Below, in pieces: positions 37,976 through 38,171 of a DNA stretch of 38,171 nucleotides. How positions within the stretch are numbered: position 1 is the first letter of the stretch; every line of letters begins with the position of its first letter. The stretch is from Nostoc sp. Its GTDB lineage: Bacteria > Cyanobacteriota > Cyanobacteriia > Cyanobacteriales > Nostocaceae. The stretch spans positions 1 to 38,171 of the forward strand of contig JBALDB010000068.1 in assembly GCA_036918135.1 (NCBI GenBank), given 5' to 3'. The notes beneath the pieces were generated by a model. It was not told the origin of the DNA and made no database searches. It saw only the letters and a program-made list of their open reading frames with translations. A program made the position numbers and the translations under genes.

Positions 37976-38170
37976 CTAAAACAAACCCGAAGAAATCTTC
38001 TCTAGGACATCTAGGACAAATGAAACTATCTTGGGATGAACAGCTTTGAGTAAATCGTACAACCACGTGTAGTCTACTACATCCTTCTCAGAGGACAGGT
38101 CATTGGGAGGAGATTGCTGTTGTTGCAGTCTGTTTGCTTCCTGTTGTTGCTGGAGTATTTCTGCTTCTTG
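37976..38170 (-). CDS. 3' end of a gene entering from the right edge; Gln-rich segment then a truncated GUN4-like start
   Basis: QEAEILQQQQEANRLQQQQSPPNDLSSEKDVVDYTWLYDLLKAVHPK...GLF*; not in the ORF track. Confidence 0.6.
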   Translation of the reverse strand, partial: QEAEILQQQQEANRLQQQQSPPNDLSSEKDVVDYTWLYDLLKAVHPKIVSFVLDVLEKISSGLF

Positions 38171-38171
38171 C

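Overview
Chromosomal window from a heterocyst-forming cyanobacterium (Nostocales). This rests on sepJ, patX, gifA-glnA-apcF, abundant HIP1 (GCGATCGC) sites and STRR-type short repeats. The left third is the conserved nitrogen/heterocyst-patterning neighbourhood: the 5' part of sepJ (missed by the ORF track), a PiT transporter, a Zn-dehydrogenase, an FAD oxidoreductase, patX (RGSGR peptide with NtcA box and DIF1 promoter), a ferritin-like gene, gifA, glnA and apcF. The middle is a mosaic of housekeeping genes (tlyA, cp12, GTPase, HAD, nurA, PAS/GAF kinase), decayed genes (methyltransferase/xisI deletion scar, frameshifted DUF1016) and an orphan Nif11-leader peptide. On the right are an orphan cpeY-like bilin lyase and a probably imported AraC-SDR-hydrolase cassette beside tRNA-Ser(GGA), then fed2-nuclease-suhB-DnaJ/TPR-hisZ. 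I see no CRISPR array, integrase or transposase, and I cannot prove a new multi-gene system. The most unusual signals are two unrelated 21-bp tandem arrays next to inverted short-repeat elements, apparent in-frame micro-insertions inside genes (one bounded by HIP1-like sites, one probably in patX), HIP1-stem terminators, the orphan RiPP-like precursor and the orphan CpeY. Family assignments come from recognising motifs by eye, not from database searches.
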